From the NCBI RefSeq assembly GCF_009914755.1, contig NC_060927.1: a DNA stretch of 64,000 nucleotides; one strand, 5' to 3'. This document shows positions 26,551 through 55,049 of the stretch, piece after piece. Both the position numbers and the translations under genes were made by a program. Every line of letters begins with the position of its first letter. Positions within the stretch are counted from its first letter, which is position 1. The DNA is from the human T2T-CHM13v2.0 reference genome, Homo sapiens. Below the pieces are notes generated by a model. The model was not told the origin of the DNA, ran no database searches, and saw only the letters and a program-made list of their open reading frames with translations.

Positions 26551-27250
26551 GCCTGGCCCAGCCCCACAGCTATTCTGAGCTGAGCCTGGGGCTGATGAGG
26601 TCAGGGACAGCCAACTCCCAGCAGGCCCCAGCTGCTGTGGCACAGGCCTAGGCTGCCCAGCTCCCACCCCCACCCTAGGCTGAGTCCCTGGATCCTAGCC
26701 TAGCTTTGTGACTGGGGGTCCTCATTTCCTACCCCCAGCTCCCCCAGAGCTAAACTTTAAGCCCTGGGATTTCAGGCTCCAGGAGAGAACATTCCACAGG
26801 GTCCTCTGGCCACTACCCCCTGCCTTGCTCACAGCTTCCAGTTCAGAGGCCCTGGAGGCTGGACTGGGTCCCTACAGGAAACTCACAGGAGCTAAAATTA
26901 GTACAGGAGGGAGAAGCAGGGATCTGCAGACCAGCATTCACAGCACCATGTATGGAGGGGACACTGTCTTCCAGGGAGCAAGGGTGGGGGACTTGGAGTC
27001 CAGAGGTCCCCAACCCCAGATATGATGGGCCCAACTGATTTTGGGGTGCAGGGGGATGTGGAGGCCTCCTAAGAAGCAGAAACAGTACTGGACACTGAGC
27101 AGTGTCCTGGGTTGGAGGCAAAGGCTGAGGTGGAGGCCATAGTTCCTGTGTGACCTTAGGCAGGGCATAACCCCTCTATGAGCTTAAATTCCTCACTGAA
27201 AAGCCCTCAGAGATGTAAAGTCCCTCAAAGATGGGGGAAAAAAAAACCCA

Positions 27251-28035
27251 TGTGGTGTTAGGTATTGATTTTCATCCTCGGCTACTGGCTCATAGCTCCC
27301 ATTGCCCTTGTTACGGTCTTTGGCTATAATGTGTTGGGCCTCAGGGCAGGCCCCAGGAAACGGAATCTCTCTGACCTTCTCCTGCTCTGCTTTCACCTGC
27401 CCCAAGTCAGGACCCTAATTTTCCCACACCTTTCTGATTGCGAGTCTTAAGACCCTCCCCAGAGAGGGTCCTGCCCTATACTCTGGGAGGAAGGAATGCA
27501 GATGTCGTGAAGCCTCCATAAACCCCAAGAGGACAGGGTTCAGAGGGCTTCTGAATAGCTGAACGTGTGGAGGCTGGGTGGCATGCCCAGGAGGGCATGG
27601 AAGCTCCATACCCCTTCCTCCATATCTCGCCCTATGCATCTCTTCAGCTGTATCCTTCGTAATACCCTTTACAGTAAGCCAGTAAAAGTCAGTCAGTGCT
27701 TCCCTGAGTTCTGTGACCCACTCCAGCAAATTAAGCCCAAAGAGGAGGTTGTAGGAACCCCAGCGTGAAGCCAGTTGGTCAGAAGTTCCAGAGGCCAGAC
27801 TGGCAACTGGTGTCTTGGGGCTGGGTGGGCAGTCTTGGGAACTGAGGCCTCAATCTGTGGGATCTGACACTATCTCCGGGTAGATCATGTCAGAATCGAA
27901 TTGGAAGGCACTCAGTTGGTGTCTGCTGCTTGGCATTTAGGGAAAAAACCCACACATTTGATCACAGAAGACTTCTGTGTGGATGATTGTTGTTGTGTTG
28001 GTGTACGAGCAGAGGAAAAGATATAGTTTGAGAGA
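27251..28035. mobile_element. Solo LTR, MER21-family-like (ERVL)
   Basis: Recognised MER21-type segments: gggcatggaagctccatacccc...gccctatgcatctcttc...tccctgagttctgtga...gccagttggtcagaag...tgtgggatctgacactatctcc...gtcagaatcgaattg. Family assigned from memory, not searched. Confidence 0.75.
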
Positions 28036-28144
28036 GTTTTCAAAACTACTTTAACTTTCAGGATGTTCGCCTTAACGTGGTGTTTAATACTGGAGAATTG
28101 GAAGCAATGGAAATGTCCAACAATAGGACAGAGATCCAACAAGG

Positions 28145-28457
<313 letters not shown>

Positions 28458-28569
28458 CTTGCTGAGTTTTTATACAGTGTAGTATCACACAGCCTTTAAC
28501 AAGAATGATAATAATTATAATGACTAGCGTTTAATGAAGGCTTGTGATATGCTGGTGCATGATACTGAA

Positions 28570-28686
28570 TTAAAAAAAAAAATAGAGATGGCGTCTTGCT
28601 ATGTTGCCCAGGCTAGTCTTGAACTCCTGGGCTCAAATGATCCTCCTGCCTTGGTCTCCCAAAGGTGTGAGCCACTGCACCTGGCC
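28570..28686 (-). mobile_element. Alu monomer fragment
   Basis: agagatggcgtcttgctatgttgcccaggctagtcttgaactcctgggctcaa... Confidence 0.8.
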
Positions 28687-28929
28687 CATGATCCTGAATT
28701 ATATCTGTTTTACAGATGAGGGACTGAAGCTCAGAGGGGTTAAGTAGCCCACCTGAGGGTTCACAGCCGGCAGTATGCTCATGTCCCAGAAACCTTAGTG
28801 CAGTTTTAAGCTTTAACAACTTCAGAAGTTAGGACATATAAAGCTATGAATTTACCAAAAAATTTTTTGGAAAGTTTGTTTAAATTCTCTTATGCTACTT
28901 TAGTTTTGTGAATTTTGAATGACCTAAGT

Positions 28930-29486
<557 letters not shown>

Positions 29487-31389
29487 AAATGGTGTTTCTC
29501 ATACATTTGTAGCTTTATACTTCTGAGGTTATTAAAGCTTACAACTGCACTGAGACTTTTGGGACACCCTGCTGTTTAAGTTCAGTCAGTTTGATTTTGA
29601 AGCCCGTGTGATAGTATTTGGCTGTGGTGGGGTCAAGGAGGATCTAGAGTACTTGAGTTGGTTAAAAAAAGTTCTGGGTACAAAAGTATACTAGAAATAG
29701 TGTACTGTAAGATCTCAGCTGTGTTCAGGAGTCTGCAGAGAAGTGGAACCCACGCAGAGCAGTGGCCATCTCAGGGAACACCGGGGGACACATATGATTG
29801 TATTTTCTTTCAGATTTCTTCACTAGGCTTGCCCTACTTCTTGATGGATGGATGAACTTTACAGAAAACAGAAACAGCTCTCCTCTGGGCTGAGCTGTGA
29901 TTGGGAGCCTGTAAGCAGCAGAGCGCTGCCTGTCCTGCTAAGGAGAGCCAGCACTCCCATATTCATTAATTCATATCATCCTCACATCAATCATGGGAGT
30001 CTCACCCTCCCCATGCCATGGATAAGAAACAGAAACAGAGGAGTAATGCTTTGCTCAGTGCATTACTGACAGGCTCACTTAGTCCTCACCCTGTCCAGCC
30101 TCCCTGACCCCATGTCCCGAGGGTGACCTCCCTGACTGGTCAGTGTGGCTTTCCCTAGCCTGGCCTGTGACCAGCAGCATGAGGAAGTGGGGATTGGAGT
30201 GCTGCAACAAGTGATTTGGATTTTAGCAGAGTTCCTGTTTGCCTGGCCAGGGCATGCCTGGGGAGGACTGGGTGGCCCAGCCCACTCAGTCCCCAGACTT
30301 TACCTCCCACTGTTGAGCGTTTCCTCGATGGGTCTCCTGGGCTGCAGTCCTTCTCCAACAGCTCTCGTTTTCCTGCCTGGCTGTCATCTCCGGGCCCTGA
30401 CACTGGCAGGTGACCGCAGGTGGCCCTCCGCTCCCTGCTGCAGCCTGCTGTGGTCCTTGCCCATTCATGGCATGTCCAGGCCAGAACCTCACAGGGCTCT
30501 GGAGCCACAGGGTCTCCCTGGTTCTCAGGGCAGGCCTTGCTGGGCCATCCCCAGCCTGCGCAGGCCTTCACCAGTGCCCCTGGTGATAAGGGTTCCAGGG
30601 GCCCAACACCTGGGCTGCTTCTCCTAACACTCAGCAGCAGGAGACAAATAAGAATAGAAGGAAGGAAGAAAAGGAGGGAAGGGGAGTCTACCAACTCCAG
30701 GCCTCCCCACTCCTCTTCCTAAGTCTTCAGCCCCCACCCAGGTCTCTACATCTCCTCAGAACCTCCCTCTGTCCCTCAGTTGTCAAGGCTCAACATGGGG
30801 TCAGGGCCAGAGTGCAGTGTGGGTCAACTTCAGCATGAGGTCAGGGTCCTGGCTTAGACTGAAGTCAGAGTCAGTGTTCAGGCTGGGGCAGAGATTGAGG
30901 GCAGCCAGGGTCAGAAAATGGTCCTCCAGCCCTTCCAGGGACAGCCCACTTCTGTCCTGTGGGGCTGAAGATGCTGGCTTCTTCTGGAACCCTCCATAAC
31001 ACTGCCGGCTGGCAGCTCTGACCATACCATCCCCTGCTCTCCAGCTCTGGTGTCCAGGGTGACCAGAGCCGCCTCTGGGCAGGAAGCCAAGCCAGAAAGC
31101 CCAGGACATCCCTGAGCGCCTGTCACCATGGCAACCTGCCCGCTCTGCCCCCCCCCCAAACTCAAATCCAGTATATTTTTCAAATCCAGCATGACAGAAT
31201 GGGAAGGGCCTCCTAGATCAGCAGATTCCAGTCCCACCCCCTTGTCCCAGATGGAGAAACTGAGGCCCATTTGCAGAAGGGAGGGGGACCTGTTGATTAG
31301 GGACCTGGCCCCAGCCTGTCCTCCCTCCCGCCCACCCCCACCTCAGTGTCCCTGGGGATGCGGAAGGTGGGGGCAGGGAGGGGGAGCCT

Positions 31390-39773
<8,384 letters not shown>

Positions 39774-40947
39774 AGACATCCTGGGCAGCTTGGGCTGGCG
39801 GGCCCTGGAGCTCAAGCCGTGGCCGGGGTCCAGGCATGTTGGACTCTGAGCTCATTTGGGGACCACAGAGGCTGTGGTCAGAGAGGGAAGCTGAGGCCCA
39901 TGGCCACATCCTCATGGCCCATCAGGGGCAGGAACCAGACAATCTCGTAGGTGTCCTGCCCCCCAGCCTAGGCTTGGCTCCTTTCACCCCATCCACATGG
40001 GTACTGTCTCGGCAGAGGTGGTCTGGTGCCACCGTCCCTCTGCAGATACACTGCTCTCCCCACCCAGACCTGCCTGTCTCCCACCCTTTCTGCCAGGGAT
40101 GGCAGTGGCTGTGAAGGAGTAATGGGATATGGGGTTACTTCAGCCACCCTTTCTGGCACGAAATGGCTGAAGTGCATGGGTCAGGGTGTGAGGCCACACC
40201 CAGAGTAGCCATGAGGAGGCAGAGAGGGTCACTGGGGGACACTGTGGCAGCAGGAGGGACTCTGTCTGGCCAGGGAGGAGCCCCAGTGGTGAGAAGACTT
40301 CCCCAAGCCTGGCAGGGGATCCAGCTCAAGGGAGTAAGTAGAGGTGGCTTCAGAAATGGAACCCCCAGCCCAGCAGACATCAAGCTCAAGGCAATGGGCT
40401 ACCCTCATTTCACACGTTGTGATGAAGCTGAGGCTGCTGCCAGGCCCGGCATGAGGCCCCGAGGCTCGAGCTCGGGGCTGGGGGCTGCAGGGCTGGGTCA
40501 GGGGTACACAGAGCTAAGGCCAATGGGCTAGAGGGTGCCGGAAAGAGAGCTGGAGTCTGGGCTCCTCTTGGGAATCAGAGTATATTTAAGAAGCCAAGGG
40601 GGACCTCGGGCTGTTCTGGTGGCCCCTTCTATGCCCAGCTGTGCTGGGAGGTCCCAGGGCCCTAGAAGATCACAGCAGGGCCTTCTGCCTGCTGACCATA
40701 ACAGTGCCAGCTTCTTTGCAGCTTCCTCTTCTACCATTTCCCACTACAGGCACCTAAAAGAAGCATCTCTGACCAGAAGACAAAGGCCCAAATAGCACCT
40801 GGGGGAGGGAAGATGCACAGAGGCACTTCCAGATGGCATCGAACAGACTAAGGCTCTGAAACCTAGGCCTGAACACTAAGGTCTCGAGACACCAGAGGTT
40901 TCTGAGCCAGGAGAGCCTGCTGGAAAAGCAGCCTGCAGAGATTTGTG

Positions 40948-40953
40948 AATAAA
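40948..40953 (+). terminator. TMIE: TMIE polyadenylation signal
   Basis: AATAAA about 1.17 kb after the TMIE stop, the first canonical hexamer I found in the 3' UTR. Confidence 0.75.
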
Positions 40954-42218
40954 GCTGATTGCCTTCTCAGAGCCAGGCCTAGAAAATGGCCTCCTGAGAT
41001 GACCCCTCAGGATGCGCTATTCCTGGGGCATTTATGTGGAGGGTGATGCAGCAGTCAGTGACAGATGGCTCAGGCCAGGCCAAAGTCCCCTCCCTGACTC
41101 TTCTGCCAGCCTGAATTAGGATGAGATAGAGGGAGAAATGGGAGCCAAGAGGCTGAGGGGCAGCTGCAGTCACCTGGGCCCATCCCGGAGGCAGGCACAG
41201 GACTCGGGAGGGACGCTGCCAGCTCTCTGGGTGCTGAGTTCACAAGGCTGCATTCATGATTTTCAATAGACCTGTGATGGTCTGTGCCCAGTGCTGGGGA
41301 CACAGAAGAGTCAAACCTGGCTCCTGACCTGGACCTGGATCATCACTGTACAGGGAGGAGAGTGATCCAGGCTGATGAGGAAAGCGCATGACATGGGGTC
41401 TTAGGAGCAGTGAGGGGCAGAGCCATGGCCAAAGGCCCCGCCATGGAAGCTGAGGACTCTGACACCAGATGGAGGCAGTTGACCGACCTCTGCCCTTGGG
41501 GTCCAACCCATGGGCTTCTCATACATAGGGGTGAAAAAGGCCATTCTATTTATGCAGAATTTTCCCATGTGGCCAGGCAGCAGAAGTCCAGAGGGGTAGG
41601 GGCCACTCAGGGTCACACAGAGCAGCAGTTGCTGAAGACTGGGGAAGTCCAGGCCTAGGCTCCACCTGCCCTTCCCCTGACATGGGGCCACCACTAGCCT
41701 TTTATGGGCAGGCCTGGCTGCTGGTGGTTGGAATAACATCTGACTCCAGTGGGTGTCTGTCACTGTCTCCAGACAGGAGACAGAGACAGAGGGTCAAAGT
41801 TCACTATGGCTCTTTGGGGCAATGAAATGCTGTGTTCTAGCCTCTTGCCAGAAATCAGCCAAAGTCAAGGAAAGCCCGACTCCCACAGTTATCACAGAAA
41901 GAGCACCCACTTTCCAGCCCAGACAGCTGCACCCCAGCTGGGTCCTGGCAGCCCCAGCTTCAGCCTGGGCGGTATGTTCCAGGCCCCTCGATCATCTGAC
42001 CCTAATATCACCCCTTCACACCCCCTCCACCTTCTGCGGGAGCCACCCCGAACCTTTGAATGGGGGAGATCCTGGAGGCTCTGCAATTTTCAGTGTAAAC
42101 TGCCTGGAGTTCCCCACTTCACCCTCATCTGGTTCACCTGTGGACTCCCAACAGAGCAGGCCCAGGAAACGCGGGGCCTCTGAGGCCGGGGAAGAAGGAG
42201 GCATGGAAAACAGTAATG

Positions 42219-42224
42219 TTTAAT
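42219..42224 (-). terminator. PRSS50: PRSS50 polyadenylation signal (ATTAAA)
   Basis: tttaat on + is ATTAAA on -, about 107 nt after the stop codon. Confidence 0.7.
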
Positions 42225-42330
42225 TGAGCACCTCATCTCCACCCTGACTCTCAGGGCTGTGACAGCTGCACCCACAGCAACCTGGGCACGGAGGCAAGGG
42301 GGGCCCACAAGTGAGGGAGGGCACACAGAG

Positions 42331-47909
<5,579 letters not shown>

Positions 47910-48719
47910 CCCGGGGTGGCAGCCGACTGCGTCTCTCCGGAAGGCGCTCCCAGTGCCGCCCCCACGACGGCGCCCCCTGTTGGCCGCATGCCGCGGCCTC
48001 TGGTGAGCTGGGTGGGGATGCTCCTAGTGCCCCGCCTGCGTGGCGCCCCCCAGGGGCCACCCGCCACGGCGCTCGTGGTGTCTGACCCGCAAGGGCGCCC
48101 CTAGTGACAGCCCTCCCTTATACCTCCCGGGCTGGGTACGCCCCGGCTGACTTCCCTCCTTGGCCCCTCCCTCTCCTCACTCCGCTGGTCCAAGCAGTCT
48201 CCTGGAGTCCCTCAACTTAATCTCGGCCGATTCTCAGACCTCCTCACCCTCGCAGCCCATTGCCCTGGACTGGCTCATGGTGTCACCCCTCCCGCAGTGA
48301 GATGAAGACCAAACCTCAGGGGCTGGCATCCAGGATCTCCAAGTGACCCTACTTTCCCTCCAGCCCCTCCAGTGGGGCTTTGCCCAAGGAACTGAAATTA
48401 AGCAGATAGATGTGTTTTAAATAATGATTTTGAAAGACTGCTTCATTCTAAGCAACTACACCCCACCCCCACCCCATTCAGCAGATGCCCTTGCCCCACA
48501 GATCCATCTGCTTAGGAAAGAGAGTGCAGGCAAAGGGTCCCTCCACAGAGGAACACTGGTGCTTACCATTGCGCCACTGTGGGATGAGGAGGTCACTTTG
48601 CATGTTACAATTTGGGGAACACATTGATGGTTCAGTGACACAGGAGGGTAATACATTTAAAAAGTCATGTGGGGTACTCAAAGCTGTTGGAAAATTCTAG
48701 CCTAATAGAAGATAAGGTG

Positions 48720-48850
48720 ATCCAGCATTGTGGCATGCACCTGTCCCAGCTACTCTCAGCTACTCAGGAAACTGAGGCAGAAGGATCACTTGAGCCCAGG
48801 AGTTCGAGTCCAGCCTGGGCAACATAGCACCCCCATCTCTACAAGAAAAT
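48720..48850 (+). mobile_element. Alu monomer fragment
   Basis: cagctactcaggaaactgaggcagaaggatcacttgagcccaggagttcgagtccagcctgggcaacatagc. Confidence 0.8.
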
Positions 48851-49833
48851 ATTTTTTTCTAAGGTACGGTGAAAGTTAAATCAAGCCAGGATATTCTAAC
48901 ATGTGTCCAGGCTTGTGGTCTTGGGATACACACTTGAGCTGGCCAATCCATGCTCCAATCTCTGAAAAGACAGTAAATCACACCCTTCAGGTGCCCTAAG
49001 GGATAGGGGTGGCTGGTTGCTCAGCACCTGAGGACCACCAGGTCTGAGCAGCCCCTCATTCCTCACACAGGGGCAAGGCTCTGTCCTCAGCTTGGCTACC
49101 TCCAGTAGCCTTGCTCGTGCTGTAGAGTCTAATGGAGGTCACCAAGGCAGCTCAGGAGCTCAGGGCATAGTGATCTCACACATTCATTACCCAGGCAGGC
49201 ACTCTGCCCTATCCCCACATCACCTACCTCTGCCAAAGAGGGAGGAGGAATTGGTCAGGCTCTGCAGACCCATGGAAGGATATGAAGGGTAGGGAGAAGC
49301 TAGTGGGTTCTGAAACATGGTCCATGGTTGTGGGTCTGTGATCTGGCCATGGTGAGTTACTTGGGAAGAGGCCAGGCCTCGCAGGAAGGCCTGAGGGAAA
49401 GTGTCTGTCACATACCCAGGGGAGGGCCATGGGGACCTGGGGATTACTGGATTGCTGGGATGACTAAGAAGGAGCTGCAGTCCCACATTTGGAAGAAGAG
49501 GGAGGGGAACAGTCTCCCAGGGTCACACAACAAGCACAAGACAGACATGGCATAAAGCTATCAGAGAAGGCTCAGCTTGAGAGAACAGCCAGGACTGCTT
49601 GGGGGTTAGGAAGGTTGTGAAGGGCTCTGGCCGAAGTCAGGAAGCAAGATGATCACTTGAGTGGCTCAAAGTTCAAAAGCATCTTCATTGAACAACAGAA
49701 AGTAACAGTGGCTCTCGGACCCTCCCCCTCACTCTGCCCTGCCATCCTGGGCAACCTCTCGTCTCCACTTCTGAGGGTAGAACAGAGGGGAGGGAGAAGC
49801 AGCCTCTGGGAGGGACTGTCCTTGAAACACCGC

Positions 49834-50088
49834 TCACAGGAGCCACAGGGAGCTCAAGGAGCCCAGTAGAATGTAGCCAGTGAGGAAAACTGGGCTCAGG
49901 AAGGCAGGGCCAGCCCTACTGATGAACCTTATGTTAGCAACCTCAGTCCTGATCCACTGGTTGAAGTGGGCAGTGCTGGTGTAGATACCTGGGAAGTGGC
50001 GCTGGCCACAACTAAAGCTCCAGCTTACCACTCCTATCTGAATCCAGGTCTTGTCCATTTGGCAGACAAGGGAGCTTCCAGAGTCAAC
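49834..50088 (-). pseudogene. PRSS46P: PRSS46P terminal exon with DSG (catalytic Ser) and GPI-signal-like tail
   Basis: Polypyrimidine tract + CAG acceptor at 50089-50090; 84 sense codons then TGA. Confidence 0.88.
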
Positions 50089-51187
50089 CTGTAGAGAAAA
50101 GGAGGGAGGGCATAAGGATGGCAGCAGGAGGGCATCCCTGGCCTGAGCCCGCCCCTCAGGATGAGCTCTGTGACACATAAGCTCTGCACTGGACCACGCC
50201 AGCCTCTGTCTTCATTTTCCTGCTAATTCTGACCCTAACTCCCCATCCCATCCCCTCCTCTGCCTTCCCCTTAAATCTTGGTGGTCTTTTACTTTCCTGA
50301 AATCCTGCTTGCAGAGTGAGCTGTTTGAAATGCAAACCAGTTCTCCTCTTTTTGTACAAACATGGGTTTACAGATAAGAATACTGTTTACAATGACATAC
50401 AACAAAAGGTCATAGCTGTTATTGCTGCTGATAGTGGGTTTCTTATGATTTTTTAAAACTTTCTTTACACTCTTCTGTAATGTCAGAAAATTTTATAAAT
50501 CAGAAAAACCACTCAATTACATTTATTTTTAAAACATAATGCACACCAAGATTTACAGGACATAATCTAATGAAGAATGCAAAAGACTCTTAAGGAAAAA
50601 AGTAATAAACTGTGCCTAAGAATATAAAAAAAAGACCTACATCAATGTATAGATATACTGTTGTTCAAAGCTGAGATAACTTAAAGCAATGTGAAAATGT
50701 CAATTCTCAGCATTTGGCTTCCTGCAGTATGGAAGACAAGATACCCTAACCAAATTTATTGCTAAAGATACCTACAAATGTGAGACTTTTTTTAAAATTA
50801 TGATTTTAAATGCATGGGTAAGCTAGCAAGAAAATAAAGACTCTTCAAAGTCCAAAACCTAAATGAGGGTTAGAATATAGAGGTCAGTAGAGCCCAGAAG
50901 ACAGCTTTTGTTCCAAGGCCCTTTGTCAAACCCAGCAAAACTGAGCTTCAGTTTTCATAGCCTTGTTCATGGGCTCAGGAGACAAAAGACAAAACCCAGG
51001 GCCTAACTAAGGGGAGGAGCCTCAGAGTAGACCCCTGCAAAAAGTTATGCCTTCAAAAAATGACCACACCCTCACAGTGAGGGTGAACTGGAAACACTCT
51101 CGTATGAACTCACAACATGACTTCACACTGTCTGGGTGGTTCAAAAAACCTGAACCAAGGATGGATGTGGTTTAAAGTGGTGCTGGG

Positions 51188-51636
51188 ATATTCACAATAG
51201 CAAAGACATGGAATTAGCCTAAATGCCCATCAAGGATAGACTGGATAAAGAACATGTGGTACATATATACCATGGAATACTACGCAGCCATAAAAAAGAA
51301 CATGATCATGTCCTTTGCAGGGACATGGTTGCAGCTGGAGGCCATTATCCTTAGCAACCTAATGTAGGAACAGAAAACCAAACACCACATGTTCTCACTT
51401 GTAAGTGGGAGCTAAATGATGAGAACTCATAAACACAAAGGGAACAGACACTGGAGCCTACTTGATGGGGGAGGGTAGGAGGAGGGAGAGGATCAAGAAA
51501 AACAACTAATAGGTACTAGGCTCAAAACTTGGGTGATGAAATAATCTGTACAACAAAGCCCCATGACACAAGTTTACCTGTGTAACAAACCTGCGCTTGT
51601 ACCCCTGAACTTAAAAGTTAAAAATAAGTAAGTAAA
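51188..51636 (+). mobile_element. 5'-truncated L1PA-type 3' end with TSD
   Basis: Classic L1 3' UTR (ttcacaatagcaaagacatgg...ccatggaatactacgcagccataaaaaagaa...tacccctgaacttaaaag). TSD TAAAGTG(G/A)TGCTGGG at 51173-51187 and 51637-51651. Confidence 0.92.
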
Positions 51637-52549
51637 TAAAGTGATGCTGGGTTGGTCATACCTGCAGGCACCTGGCTGAAGCAAATGTAGATTCTGTCTG
51701 GAGGAACCTATCTTTCAAGCCACACCTCAGAGTAGTCGTATAATTAACACTCTAAGGAGCATGTCCTCCCTCCTCAAAACATTGCACACCACACAAGGAA
51801 GTTGAGGCACCATGAGCAAATGTCAGCCAGCAAAATAACTGGGAGCAGTCAGAGCCTTTGAGGCTTGAGATACAGGAATGGCCACGGGGAAACTTTAACA
51901 TGCCCATAAGGGCACTCTTTCTTAGGCTTGCTGATGGGTACGTGGATGTTGCTAATGTTATTCTTTATTCTCCATATATGTTTTATAAATATCCTTTTGT
52001 CTATTCAATACAGAGTAAAAGCAATTAAAAATCATAACAATGTCAGTTCTCCTTACATTAGTCTCTCAAAGCAATTCCAATTAAAACGCCAGCAGGGTTT
52101 TCTCAGGAACTTGACAATCTGATTCTAAAATTGATATTGAAGGATAATAGTCCTTAAATTCTAGGATGGTTTTGAGAAAGGGGAGAAAATTGGAGAGTCA
52201 GGTTGGGGGCAGATTTGACCTACCAGATAGTTACACATATTTTAAAGCTATAATTATAGAAATATAATTAAAGATGAGAAAGCTATAATTATAGAAATAG
52301 TGGGGTACTGGCATAGAAACAAAAAAAATAGCCCAGTGGGGGTCGCGGAGAGCCCGTAACCTGATGCCTATCCAGGAGGACACTTGACACATGTCACACA
52401 AAGCATCACGTCTGCGGGAAATGAGGGCTCTGCGGTAGATGGTGGCAACATTGGCTCACCAGAAGGAGAAAAGCGAAGTTGTATCCTACCGTAACAAAAC
52501 TTCAGAGGAATTAAAACTCTGAATGTGAAAAGTAAAAATGATAAAGCTA

Positions 52550-52887
<338 letters not shown>

Positions 52888-52942
52888 TTATGACTTGGGA
52901 TGAAGCATATTTTTAAAAATAAGATTCAAAACCCACAAACTG

Positions 52943-53225
52943 CTGGGTGCAGTGGCTCACACGGGTAATCCCAGCACTTTGGGAGGCTGGGGTGGGAGGA
53001 TCTCTTGAGCCCAGGAGTTCAAGATCAGGCTAGGCAACATAGTGACACCCCATGACTACAAAAAATTTAAAAATTAGTTCCAGCTACTCAGGAGGCTGAG
53101 GTGGGAGGATCACTTGAGCCCAGGAGGTTGAGGCTGCAGTGAACCATACCACGCCACTGCGCTGTAGCCTGGGTAACAGAGCAAGACTCTGTCTCAAAAT
53201 AACAAAACAAAAACAAGCGAACAAA
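52943..53225 (+). mobile_element. Alu (J-like, internal deletion)
   Basis: Sense Alu with a shortened right-arm start. Confidence 0.88.
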
Positions 53226-53403
53226 ACAAAACTCACAAACCTGAAGAAATGTGTCAGGCCTGATTACATCAAAACTAAGGTTATCTGTTCAGTAAAGGAC
53301 ACCAAATCTCAATGAAGACTGATGAATTAAGATAGGGCTCTGTCTAAAACAAACCAGAGGTCAATATTGAACATATCTAAGGACCTCTTGAAAATAACAA
53401 GCA

Positions 53404-53788
<385 letters not shown>

Positions 53789-54089
53789 CTAGCAGGGCAG
53801 GGAACCCCATCCCCAGGAGCACCAGAGAGTGGGGGGCTCCTGAAGTGAGGTTTAAATTTAAATAGAAACTTCTAATGGCACAAGGCATTTCATAACTGAA
53901 AGTGACTCAAAATTATGAGCTCTGCCCAAAATGACGTTTGGGGAAGAAAGGAAAATTTGACATAGGATATGTGGGGGCAATTATTTGAAAGAATAAAACC
54001 ATTTAATGTGAATACCTTAACAAATTCAGATGCCTCAGTAAACAACTACAGGAGGAGATATGCAGCACAATATAATTTATACCAACTAA

Positions 54090-54467
<378 letters not shown>

Positions 54468-55049
54468 TAGACAGATTTCAGTTGATGTTCTTTTGCGGGG
54501 AAGGGCAAATGGAAGATGCAGGAGAAAATGAAGCCAGTGATAATCACACCAGCAATGATAGTGTGAGGGCCCTTGCCTGAGATAGGACTGATGGGACTCT
54601 AGGGGCCCAGAGAAAGTAAGAACATGAGAAAAGAAGAGAGAGAGAGAGATCCGCTGTAGGTAAGCATTCTCTCACCTCAGTGAAATAAAACCAGAGTTTA
54701 GTAACAAAATGTGAGTCACTCCATCAACAGGAAAAAAATAACTTTCAAAACGTTAAAGTAAAAACGAAATCTACAATTAGAATGTAGAGTAAAGAGAGCA
54801 TCACGTATTGCACAGGATGTGGGCCTAAACTGCACACAGATTGTCCTGGTCTAAAGTACTGTTAATATCAAGCAAGAGAGAATAAAAATAAATTATTTGT
54901 TATTATCATCAATTATCACTGCACATTCAGCTCAAGACACTTGAAAAGGAATTAATAAAGACAAAAAGAGGATAGTTCATGTGTTACAAAGCAGAAAAAT
55001 CATAGACTTGAGAAATAAAAATCAATAGCTTATTCTTAAAAAACAACAA

